From Candidatus Parcubacteria bacterium (GTDB lineage: Bacteria > Patescibacteriota > Minisyncoccia > Phycocordibacterales > PALSA-1337): a stretch of DNA of 64,000 nucleotides. Positions 18,333-26,295 of this stretch are shown one piece after another. Within the stretch, counting starts at the first letter, position 1. The number at the start of each line of letters is the position of its first letter. The notes beneath the pieces are model-generated. The model searched no databases and was not told the DNA's origin. It saw only the letters and a program-made list of their open reading frames with translations. The translations under genes and the position numbers were made by a program. Where the stretch lies: positions 36,552-100,551 of the forward strand of contig JBDLTF010000002.1 of assembly GCA_039799225.1 (NCBI GenBank), in the 5' to 3' direction.

Positions 18333-21300
18333 ATGTCCCGCTTCGCCCACCTCCATACTCACTCCCACTATTCTCTCCTCTCGGCACTCCCCAAGATAGA
18401 CGACCTCGTCGATGAGGCCAAGAAGCTCGGCATGAAGGCACTCGCTCTCACCGACAACGGTAACCTCTATGGCGCCATCGATTTCTACAAAGCCTGCGAG
18501 AAAGCTGGCATCAAACCCATCATTGGCGTCGATTTCTTCATGGCGGCACGCTCGAGGAAGGATATGCAGGCGGGTATCGACAACCGCCGCAGTCGCCTCG
18601 TACTTCTCGCTATAAATGAGACTGGCTACCAGAACCTTATTCAGCTCGTCACCAAATCCCACCTCGAAGGCTTCTACTACAAGCCACGTATCGATCGTGA
18701 GCTCCTCGAACTCCACAATGAAGGCCTCATCTGTATTTCACCTTCATTCTCCGGAGAAATCGCTCAATCACTGAACAGTCGCAACCAAGACAAGGCCAAG
18801 GAAGTAGCGGCTTTCTATAAGCAGGTATTCGACGAGCGACTCTATGTAGAAATCACACGTCACCCAGAGATCGACGGCCATGAGGCTAACATGAAAACTC
18901 TTCTGAATTTTGCCAAGAGCCAGGACATACCTGTAATGGCAGCGCATGACGTCTACTATTTGAAACCTGAAGATCGCTTCGCTCGCGAAACACTTGTTCG
19001 CGTGAATTCGCACAGCGACGCATCGGATAAAATTTCCGACAGTGACGAAGATGATTTCTCGTTCATCTCATCCGAACGCGCAGAAGAACTCTTCCGAGAC
19101 CTTCCAGAGGCGCTCGAGAACGCTGCAAACATCGTCAATGCTTGTAACTTGAAGATTGAACTCGGCAAATGGGTATTCCCTGCCTTGAAAGTCGAAAGTG
19201 GCCGCACGCCTGATGAGGAACTCCGTCATATTGTCTTCGAAGGATTCGCACGACGAGGAATCGGACAGACACCTGAACTGGTTGCTCGTGCTGAATATGA
19301 GCTCAAGGTCATTCGCGACAAGGGATACGCACCATACTTCTTGGTAGTGGCAGACTTGCTCCGCTTCGCCCGCGAGAATGGTATTCTCTCCAACATTCGC
19401 GGATCGGTCTCTGGATCCATGGTCACCTATCTCGCCGGCATCACCAACATCAACCCCATCGTGTACGAAATTCCCTTCGAACGCTTCCTCAACCCTGATC
19501 GTCCCTCAGCTCCCGATATCGACATGGACTATGCCGACGATCGTCGCGATGAAATGATTGATTACGTGCGTAGAACATACGGTGCCGACAAAGTGGCTCA
19601 GATCGGAACCTTCGGTACTATGGCCGCACGCGGATCTGTACGTGATGTGGCACGCGCTATGGGATTCGGCTATGACATTGGTGATCGTATCTCCAAGCTC
19701 ATTCCCATGGGAGCACAAGGATTCCCGATGACCATCGAGCGCGCACTTGATGAAGTTCCTGAGCTCAAAGAACTCTATACTGCTGACGCCGATAGTCGCC
19801 GCATCATCGATATGGCCAAGAAGATTGAAGGGTGTGCCCGTCACATCGGTGTCCACGCCGCTGGAGTGGTCATATCACCGACTGCGCTCACTGACTTCAC
19901 CCCGCTCCAGTTTGACCCCAAAGGTGAAGGTAAGGTCATCACTCAGTACGACATGTATTCTATCGAGGAGGCTGGTCTCCTCAAGTTCGACTTCTTGGGT
20001 CTCAAGAACCTCACCATCATCGCAGACGCCGTCGATCGAATAAAGAAAATTACGGGCGTCGAAATTGATCCTGATAATATACCTGTCACAGATACAGCGA
20101 CATTCGAGATGCTTGCGCGCGGAGAAACGGCGGACACATTCCAGCTCAACGGCGACGGCATGACCCGCTTCCTCAAAGATCTCAAGCCGACAACTATTCA
20201 CGACATCAACGCTATGGTGGCGCTCTACCGCCCAGGTCCGATCCAATTCATTCCTGTATATATCGAATGTAAACATGATCCTTCGAAAGTGAAATATCTC
20301 GATCCTCTTCTCAAACCAATTCTCGAAAAAACATACGGGGTTCTCGTGTATCAGGACGACCTCCTCATGATTGCGAATAAAATCGCAGGATATACCTGGG
20401 GTGAAGTGGACAAATTCCGCAAAGCTATAGGTAAGAAAATTCCCGAGGAAATGGCCGCTCAAAAAGATAAGTTCATCGAGGGCTGTATCAAGCATTCGAA
20501 ATGGAGTGATAAGAAAGCCAAGGAGGTCTGGCGCTGGATCGAACCTTTTGCTGCATACGCCTTCAACAAAGCGCACTCCGTGTCATATGGCCGTGTCGCT
20601 TATATCACCGCATATCTCAAGGCGCACTATCCTGCCATCTATCTCTCCGCTGTTTTGACTTCAGAGCAAGGAGATACTGAGAAAGTGGCTGAAACAATCA
20701 AGGAATGTGAACGTATCAAGATTCCCGTATTGCCACCTGATGTGAACGAAAGCTTCAGCCAGTTCACTGTCTTGAAGGATGGAGACTCATATCGTATCCG
20801 CTTCGGACTCGTGACCATCAAGAACTTCGGTCAGGGCATTTCGACTGCCATCATCGATGAGCGTGAGCGTGGTGGTAAATTCACGTCTCTCGTCAACTTC
20901 CTCGATCGCGTCAAAGACCGCAATCTCAACAAGAAATCACTTGAATCTCTCATCAAGGCTGGAGCTATGGATTGCTTTGGCGATGACCGTGGTGTCATGC
21001 TCGCCAATCTCGACCTCATGCTTGAATACAGTAAGGAGAGCGGTAAACAGCATGCCGATCAGGACTCACTCTTCGGCACAATGTCAGATGCTTCGAGTGT
21101 TCCTGCGTTGCGTCTTGTCTCTGTTCCGCCTGCAGAGATGCGCGACAAGCTCGCATGGGAGAAAGAGCTCCTTGGTCTCTACATCTCTGGTCATCCACTT
21201 GAACGCTATCGCCCACAAATCGAGAAGAATGGCATGAGTATCAAGAAAGCACTCGATGAAATCAAAGAAGGTGGTGAAACCATCTTCGGCTGTATCGTGA

Positions 21301-21515
21301 ACGAAGTGCGCATCGTCCAGACCAAGAAAGGTGACACAATGGCCTTCATCACGCTGGCCGACTTCACTGGATCCGTTGAAGCTGTGGCATTCCCCCGCAC
21401 CTATGTTGAATATAAAAACCTTCTTGTTCCTGATTCTTGTGTCGCGGTGAAGGTGACCCTTAATACGAGAAATGGTGAGAAAGGATTTGTACTGGAGAGG
21501 GTTAGGGGGTTATAA
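18333..21515 (+). CDS. dnaE: DNA polymerase III alpha subunit
   Basis: HLHTHSHYSLL PHP domain, FERFLNPDR..APDIDMD, HAAGVVI, LKFDFLGL, YAFNKAHS, C-terminal OB fold. Confidence 0.97.
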   Translation: MSRFAHLHTHSHYSLLSALPKIDDLVDEAKKLGMKALALTDNGNLYGAIDFYKACEKAGIKPIIGVDFFMAARSRKDMQAGIDNRRSRLVLLAINETGYQNLIQLVTKSHLEGFYYKPRIDRELLELHNEGLICISPSFSGEIAQSLNSRNQDKAKEVAAFYKQVFDERLYVEITRHPEIDGHEANMKTLLNFAKSQDIPVMAAHDVYYLKPEDRFARETLVRVNSHSDASDKISDSDEDDFSFISSERAEELFRDLPEALENAANIVNACNLKIELGKWVFPALKVESGRTPDEELRHIVFEGFARRGIGQTPELVARAEYELKVIRDKGYAPYFLVVADLLRFARENGILSNIRGSVSGSMVTYLAGITNINPIVYEIPFERFLNPDRPSAPDIDMDYADDRRDEMIDYVRRTYGADKVAQIGTFGTMAARGSVRDVARAMGFGYDIGDRISKLIPMGAQGFPMTIERALDEVPELKELYTADADSRRIIDMAKKIEGCARHIGVHAAGVVISPTALTDFTPLQFDPKGEGKVITQYDMYSIEEAGLLKFDFLGLKNLTIIADAVDRIKKITGVEIDPDNIPVTDTATFEMLARGETADTFQLNGDGMTRFLKDLKPTTIHDINAMVALYRPGPIQFIPVYIECKHDPSKVKYLDPLLKPILEKTYGVLVYQDDLLMIANKIAGYTWGEVDKFRKAIGKKIPEEMAAQKDKFIEGCIKHSKWSDKKAKEVWRWIEPFAAYAFNKAHSVSYGRVAYITAYLKAHYPAIYLSAVLTSEQGDTEKVAETIKECERIKIPVLPPDVNESFSQFTVLKDGDSYRIRFGLVTIKNFGQGISTAIIDERERGGKFTSLVNFLDRVKDRNLNKKSLESLIKAGAMDCFGDDRGVMLANLDLMLEYSKESGKQHADQDSLFGTMSDASSVPALRLVSVPPAEMRDKLAWEKELLGLYISGHPLERYRPQIEKNGMSIKKALDEIKEGGETIFGCIVNEVRIVQTKKGDTMAFITLADFTGSVEAVAFPRTYVEYKNLLVPDSCVAVKVTLNTRNGEKGFVLERVRGL

Positions 21516-21530
21516 AAAACGCATTATTGG

Positions 21531-21582
21531 TTGTCCACAGAAAAACCCGACTTATACCCACCTTACCCACAGGTTACCCACG
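21531..21582 (+). promoter_or_regulatory. array of four DnaA-box-like 9-mers
   Basis: TTGTCCACA 21531, TTATACCCA 21552, TTACCCACA 21563, TTACCCACG 21574; 1-2 mismatches to TTATNCACA. Confidence 0.5.
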
Positions 21583-21601
21583 AATTTCGCTTGCGAAGAT
21601 A

Positions 21602-21629
21602 TTGACACTGAAAATGAGAGGTTCATAAT
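21602..21629 (+). promoter_or_regulatory. sigma70 promoter of the 6S-like RNA
   Basis: TTGACA-N16-CATAAT. Confidence 0.6.
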
Positions 21630-21633
21630 TACT

Positions 21634-21766
21634 GTAGGCTCTCGTTCATGGAGAAAATCCTTAAATTAAATTCATAGGAATCATATTGTATACGACCTCC
21701 GGGTCCTATCACGATTCCGCCTTATATTATTTCGGATCCTTCCTCCATATATGTACGATAGCCTAC
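21634..21766 (+). ncRNA. ssrS: putative 6S RNA (compact rod with central bubble)
   Basis: GTAGGCT/AGCCTAC closing stem, TCGT/ACGA, ATGGAG/CTCCAT, ATCC/GGAT, A/U-rich central bubble of 16 and 15 nt, GGAATC/GATTCC and GACC-TCCG-GGTC terminal stem; own promoter; no ORF. Confidence 0.65.
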
Positions 21767-21771
21767 CTATG

Positions 21772-21802
21772 GCACGCGACCCGCTTCGGCGGGTTGCTGT
21801 GC
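21772..21802. terminator. strong hairpin after 6S-like RNA
   Basis: GCACGCGACCCGC-TTCG-GCGGGTTGCTGTGC with UUCG tetraloop; no U-tract on the + strand. Confidence 0.55.
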
Positions 21803-21821
21803 GTCTGGATGAAAAAATATA

Positions 21822-22091
21822 CTACGCTTTGCTAGAAGATTGAGAGATCAATAGCAAATCAACAATGAGTGCGAAGGCGAGCACACTTGTCTTCACTGGA
21901 TCCCATACTCCGTCATGCCAATTGATGACCGCACTGTACCAGAGCGTGCTACACGGAAGGAGAAAAAATCCAAGCGCGAGCCAATACCATTCACTGAACA
22001 CTCCCGTGAACCACTCAGAAAAGATATAGAGAAAGAAGATTACAACGCGAGGGATAAACATGCCATAAATAGTGAGTGCCATATATCTCAT
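21822..22091 (-). CDS. small multi-TM hypothetical protein
   Basis: PRVVIFFLYIFS...LALGFFLLPCSTLWY pattern; true start may be MALT at 22082. Confidence 0.75.
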   Translation of the reverse strand: MRYMALTIYGMFIPRVVIFFLYIFSEWFTGVFSEWYWLALGFFLLPCSTLWYSAVINWHDGVWDPVKTSVLAFALIVDLLLISQSSSKA

Positions 22092-22125
22092 AGTATACTC
22101 CCTTATCCGTCAATGCACTACTACG

Positions 22126-22150
22126 AAAAAGCCCCTGATTGGGGCTTTTT
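22126..22150. terminator. intrinsic terminator
   Basis: AAAAAGCCCC-TGATT-GGGGCTTTTT. Confidence 0.75.
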
Positions 22151-22162
22151 CTTCCTCACAAA

Positions 22163-22240
22163 CTATACAGTCGGAGGAGTCTGTGGTTCCGGCTGAACCG
22201 GCACAGGGTTTTCTGCTGGCTTCTTGTCTTTGTGAAGCAT
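22163..22240 (-). CDS. candidate 25-aa Pro-rich peptide (not in ORF track)
   Basis: MLHKDKKPAENPVPVQPEPQTPPTV*; TATAAT about 35 nt upstream and a terminator directly downstream. Confidence 0.4.
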   Translation of the reverse strand: MLHKDKKPAENPVPVQPEPQTPPTV

Positions 22241-22455
22241 GATAGTCTGCGAGGGGGTTATGTCTCGCCCGTAAATTATACGCCTGCTGCAAGTACCTCC
22301 CCTGTTTCGTCATTTTTTTGACTTCCCGTCAAAACCTATTTCAAAATAATGGCCCAACAACGAGCTCCGGCGACATGGTGTAATGTGGTCAAATATTAGA
22401 ACACATGGGGTGGTTTTTTGGAATATTTTAGACAAAATATGCTATACTCCCACCC

Positions 22456-23988
22456 ATGAAAAGCACCAAAACTATCGCCCTCATCGTCCTCGATGGTTGG
22501 GGTTACCGAGAGGATACCAAAGACAACGCCATAGCCGCCTCACACACTCCCACATTCAAGCATCTCTGGGATACCTATCCACACTCCCTGCTCAAGGCAT
22601 CAGGAGACGCTGTCGGACTTCCTGAGGGTCAAATGGGTAACAGCGAGGTTGGTCACATGACCATCGGTGCCGGCAAACCTGCTGATACAGATCTCGTGCG
22701 TATCGATAAGGCTATCGCGAGTGGTGATTTCGACAAGAATCCTGCCTTCACCTCCCTCTTCGACCATGTGAAGAAGAATTCATCCACACTTCATGTCCAA
22801 GGACTTGTTAGTTCGGGAGGTGTACATAGTCACCAGAACCACCTCTACGCCTTCCTCCGTCTCGCCAAGAAACATGCTGTCCCTCAAGTTGCCATTCACG
22901 TCTTCACCGATGGTCGTGACACTGCACCCCAGAGTGCATCTGCATACATCAAGGAGCTTGAGGCTGTGCTCGACATCCTCAATGACGACAAATCCAAGCC
23001 GAACTTCTTCATCGCCACCATTTCTGGTCGCTACTACGCCATGGATCGCGACAACAACTGGGATCGCCTCGCAAAGACTGAACAAGCTATGTTCGAATGC
23101 AAAGGCAATGTCTGCGAAATCAAGCCGTCAGAATATCTCTCTGAACAATACAAGAAGGGTGAGCGTGACGAACTCCTCGCACCGACCGTTTGTGCAACTC
23201 CTGAAGGAATCGGTTGTGCCATCGAAGAGAACGATGCTGTCTTCTTCTTCAATTTCCGCGCTGATCGCGCACGCATGCTCTCTGAGAAAATGCTTGAGAT
23301 TCCTAAGTCGAAAAATATTCTTTTCGTCACCCTCACCGAATACTGCGTCGACTTCACCTGTACCACCGCCTTCCCTCCTTTTAAAATTGAAACTTCCATA
23401 GGCCAAGAAATCGCTGCTGCAGGTCTCTCTCAAGCGCGTATCGCCGAGACTGAGAAATTCGCACACGCTACGTACTTCTTGAACGGCGGTCGTGAAGCAA
23501 AGTTCGATCGTGAGACCGATATTCTCATCCCAAGCCGCAAGGATGTGAAGACCCACGACGAAGCTCCTGAAATGCGCGCGGAAGCTATCGCCGATGCCGT
23601 TATTTCTGAAATAGAAAAAGGTACTGATTTCATCTTCGTGAATTTTGCCAATCCTGACATGGTTGGTCATACCGCAAATGTTCCTGCTATCGTCAAAGCC
23701 GTTGAAACGGTTGATACACAACTTAAACGCGTCGTTGAAGCCCTCGAAAAGGCCGGTGGTATCGGTCTCATAACTGCAGACCATGGAAACGCTGAGATGA
23801 ACATTGATCCAGTCACAGGAACCAAGCACACGGCCCATACTACCAACCCAGTTCCATTCATTCTCACCAGCCACGACTATACCGTGAAGGCAGGAGCACT
23901 TTTCGACCTCGCACCTACAGTACTCGATCTCTTAAACTCAAAAGCTCCGAAAGCGATGATTGGTACGTCTCTTATTTCGAAAAAATAA
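22456..23988 (+). CDS. gpmI: 2,3-bisphosphoglycerate-independent phosphoglycerate mutase
   Basis: LDGWG, GQMGNSEVGH, GRYYAMDRD, NFRADR, NFANPDMVGH, TADHGNAE, HTAHT. Confidence 0.97.
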   Translation: MKSTKTIALIVLDGWGYREDTKDNAIAASHTPTFKHLWDTYPHSLLKASGDAVGLPEGQMGNSEVGHMTIGAGKPADTDLVRIDKAIASGDFDKNPAFTSLFDHVKKNSSTLHVQGLVSSGGVHSHQNHLYAFLRLAKKHAVPQVAIHVFTDGRDTAPQSASAYIKELEAVLDILNDDKSKPNFFIATISGRYYAMDRDNNWDRLAKTEQAMFECKGNVCEIKPSEYLSEQYKKGERDELLAPTVCATPEGIGCAIEENDAVFFFNFRADRARMLSEKMLEIPKSKNILFVTLTEYCVDFTCTTAFPPFKIETSIGQEIAAAGLSQARIAETEKFAHATYFLNGGREAKFDRETDILIPSRKDVKTHDEAPEMRAEAIADAVISEIEKGTDFIFVNFANPDMVGHTANVPAIVKAVETVDTQLKRVVEALEKAGGIGLITADHGNAEMNIDPVTGTKHTAHTTNPVPFILTSHDYTVKAGALFDLAPTVLDLLNSKAPKAMIGTSLISKK

Positions 23989-25266
23989 TTATTGCTTCCT
24001 CACAACGAGCACGCTCATATATTTCACTAGAAGTATTGAGGCTGATGCCAAGAATACACCGAGTGCCCACCCAGCAATAACATCAGATGCCCAGTGCACA
24101 TTGAGAACCACGCGGGAGAGACCAACTGCGATAGCCGCTACTGCGCACGCGACGATAACAATTTCACGATAGACCCATGAATGTATTTTACGTGCGAGAA
24201 GGTATCCAACAATAACAAAGAATGCTGCCGAAATCGCCGCATGACCACTCGGAAAGCTCGGGTCACCAACTATAGAAATGAGTGCATTATCGGGGCGAGG
24301 GCGCATGAAAAATTCTTTGATAACGCCAAGGAAGAATATCGTCGATCCTATCGAGACAATCATGATTGAAGCAGAGCGCCACTTCTTGCGGAACAAGAGA
24401 TATGCGCCGATCAAAAATCCAAGAGTACTTGTCACTGCAAACCCACCAATAGTGGTCACCCAAACCGCCAGAATCCGAAGACCATATTGTCCATGATTGA
24501 GCATGTCCATAAATCCATTCACCTGAACATCGAATGTGGCCATGGATGAAGATGATAAGGTCAATGCGTCCTGTACCGTCTTGGCGAGAACATACAACGA
24601 GATGATATTAAGGATGAGCATGAAAAGTTCATACTTCTTGAATACATGGAAGCGCATATTAACGAAGCGATACCCCCATGCGATGATCAATCCAGCAATA
24701 ATCGCGAATACGGCAAACTTACCCACGTATCCCGCGACTACATGATATCCTGCACCGAACATATATCCTGCAAGGACCGATACGACTGCCCAACTGATAC
24801 CACCGATAATATTGAACACCCAGAATCTACTTACTGGAGCAGGACTCGCTCCAACAAGGAATGGCATGAGGGCACGCGTCACTGGACTGAATCGTCCAAT
24901 AATCATAGCTTTACCCGTATGCTTGTGGAGTAACGCGTTGGTCTTCTCAATATGAGCATCGGTAATGAATAGATATGGCCTTACACGATCGATAAAGCTA
25001 AGGCCATATCTGCGACCTATCTTGAAACCGATATAGTCGCCAAGAATTGCTCCAAATGAAGCAAGTCCGAGCACCCACCAGAGATTGAGCACCTCGATAC
25101 GCGCTAGGAACCCACTGAATACAATGACGATATGACCCGGTATAAGCGCACCGAATACAGGAATTCCTTCGAGAGTAGTCGTAACAAAGAGGAAGGCATA
25201 GCCTCCCTGAGAAACAATCGATTCTACATAGTCCGTAAGGGCCGAAAATAGATGGATATATGACAT
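23989..25266 (-). CDS. bifunctional DedA / PAP2 phosphatase family protein
   Basis: N-terminal DedA (LGDYIGF.IGR, GRFSPVTR); C-terminal PAP2 (RPRP, SFPSGH, SRVVLNVHWASDV). Confidence 0.92.
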   Translation of the reverse strand: MSYIHLFSALTDYVESIVSQGGYAFLFVTTTLEGIPVFGALIPGHIVIVFSGFLARIEVLNLWWVLGLASFGAILGDYIGFKIGRRYGLSFIDRVRPYLFITDAHIEKTNALLHKHTGKAMIIGRFSPVTRALMPFLVGASPAPVSRFWVFNIIGGISWAVVSVLAGYMFGAGYHVVAGYVGKFAVFAIIAGLIIAWGYRFVNMRFHVFKKYELFMLILNIISLYVLAKTVQDALTLSSSSMATFDVQVNGFMDMLNHGQYGLRILAVWVTTIGGFAVTSTLGFLIGAYLLFRKKWRSASIMIVSIGSTIFFLGVIKEFFMRPRPDNALISIVGDPSFPSGHAAISAAFFVIVGYLLARKIHSWVYREIVIVACAVAAIAVGLSRVVLNVHWASDVIAGWALGVFLASASILLVKYMSVLVVRKQ

Positions 25267-25367
25267 TTCCACTCATTATATCACGAACCACTTGCGTCCC
25301 TAATAGGTATGCTACAATGGAAATCAATCAGGTTGATATTTATTCGTAATATATTACACAACGTTCT

Positions 25368-25604
25368 ATGAGCACCGTAACTATCTATTCGACACCGACC
25401 TGCGTCTACTGCAATATGGCCAAGAGCTTCTTCAAGGCCAACGATGTCGCATACACCGAGCACAACGTCGCCTCAGATCTCGAGAAGCGCAAGGAGATGA
25501 TCGACAAGACGGGACAGATGGGAGTTCCTGTCATCGACACCGGCAAGGAAGTCATCGTCGGATTCGATGAAGAGAGGGTCAAGGCAAGTTTGGGAATTAA
25601 ATAA
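25368..25604 (+). CDS. glutaredoxin/NrdH-like redoxin
   Basis: YSTPTCVYC, GQMGVPVI, IVGFD. Confidence 0.92.
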   Translation: MSTVTIYSTPTCVYCNMAKSFFKANDVAYTEHNVASDLEKRKEMIDKTGQMGVPVIDTGKEVIVGFDEERVKASLGIK

Positions 25605-25649
25605 GGAATTAGTTCGTAAAAAACACCCGCGAGAGGGTGTTTTTTATTT

Positions 25650-25723
25650 TGGTGCGAGATGCGGGAATCGAACCCACGCCACATGCTTGGGAAGCACGAA
25701 TTCTGCCACTGAACTAATCTCGC
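25650..25723 (-). tRNA. tRNA-Gly(CCC)
   Basis: GCGAGAT/ATCTCGC acceptor stem, CGTGC-TTCCCAA-GCATG anticodon arm, GTTCGATTC, encoded CCA. Confidence 0.92.
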
Positions 25724-25740
25724 GCGCTCATATATTACTC

Positions 25741-26145
25741 CTAAAACCCAAATACACGCAACATCCTTCCCCACCAACCAATCGTCGAGGTCGCTTGAAC
25801 TGATGCTGCCTCTGCTGCCGCGGCGCGCTGAGCGGTGCTCGCCGATTCATCGACGATCACCGCTACTGATTCACCTTCTTTAACCGCATGATATTTGGAA
25901 CGAATCTCATTCTCGAGACCACGTTCGGTAGATAGATACCCGACCGTCTCAGAAAGCTTACTCTCACGGTCGCGAAGCTTGGCAAGCTCGGCCTGAGCCT
26001 GCTCGAGCCTCTCAGAACTGAGGTGGGCCTTCTCGTAAATGTTCCATCCTGCCTTGGCGAGCACAGCAAGAAGCACTGCCCCGAGCACCATTGCGACAGG
26101 AGAAGCAATCATGCGCTTCCAGAAGGGACGGTTGCCGTATTTCAT
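25741..26145 (-). CDS. septum formation initiator (FtsB/DivIC-like)
   Basis: TM helix plus coiled coil, LENEIRSKYHAVKEGE resembling the DivIC motif. Confidence 0.7.
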   Translation of the reverse strand: MKYGNRPFWKRMIASPVAMVLGAVLLAVLAKAGWNIYEKAHLSSERLEQAQAELAKLRDRESKLSETVGYLSTERGLENEIRSKYHAVKEGESVAVIVDESASTAQRAAAAEAASVQATSTIGWWGRMLRVFGF

Positions 26146-26152
26146 GCCCTAC

Positions 26153-26160
26153 AGTATACT
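26153..26160. promoter_or_regulatory. palindromic -10 element serving two divergent genes
   Basis: AGTATACT reads TATACT on both strands, 7 nt and 9 nt from the two ATGs. Confidence 0.55.
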
Positions 26161-26169
26161 AGATTCACT

Positions 26170-26286
26170 ATGTTATTTCACGAAAAATCCAAGAAAACCC
26201 TGAACCGAATCATGGTCGTCGTAGCGATATTGGTCATCATCAGCATGATTTCGCTCTACATTCCTTCACTTAGGAACGGATTCTAA
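26170..26286 (+). CDS. 38-aa single-TM protein
   Basis: MLFHEKSKKTLNRIMVVVAILVIISMISLYIPSLRNGF*; basic N-terminus then a TM helix. Confidence 0.65.
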   Translation: MLFHEKSKKTLNRIMVVVAILVIISMISLYIPSLRNGF

Positions 26287-26295
26287 TTCCTCGCG

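Noticed and set aside
22110-22313. 67-aa minus-strand ORF
   Set aside because: It starts upstream of the TATAAT and runs through the terminator hairpin; the nested 25-aa frame fits the signals better.
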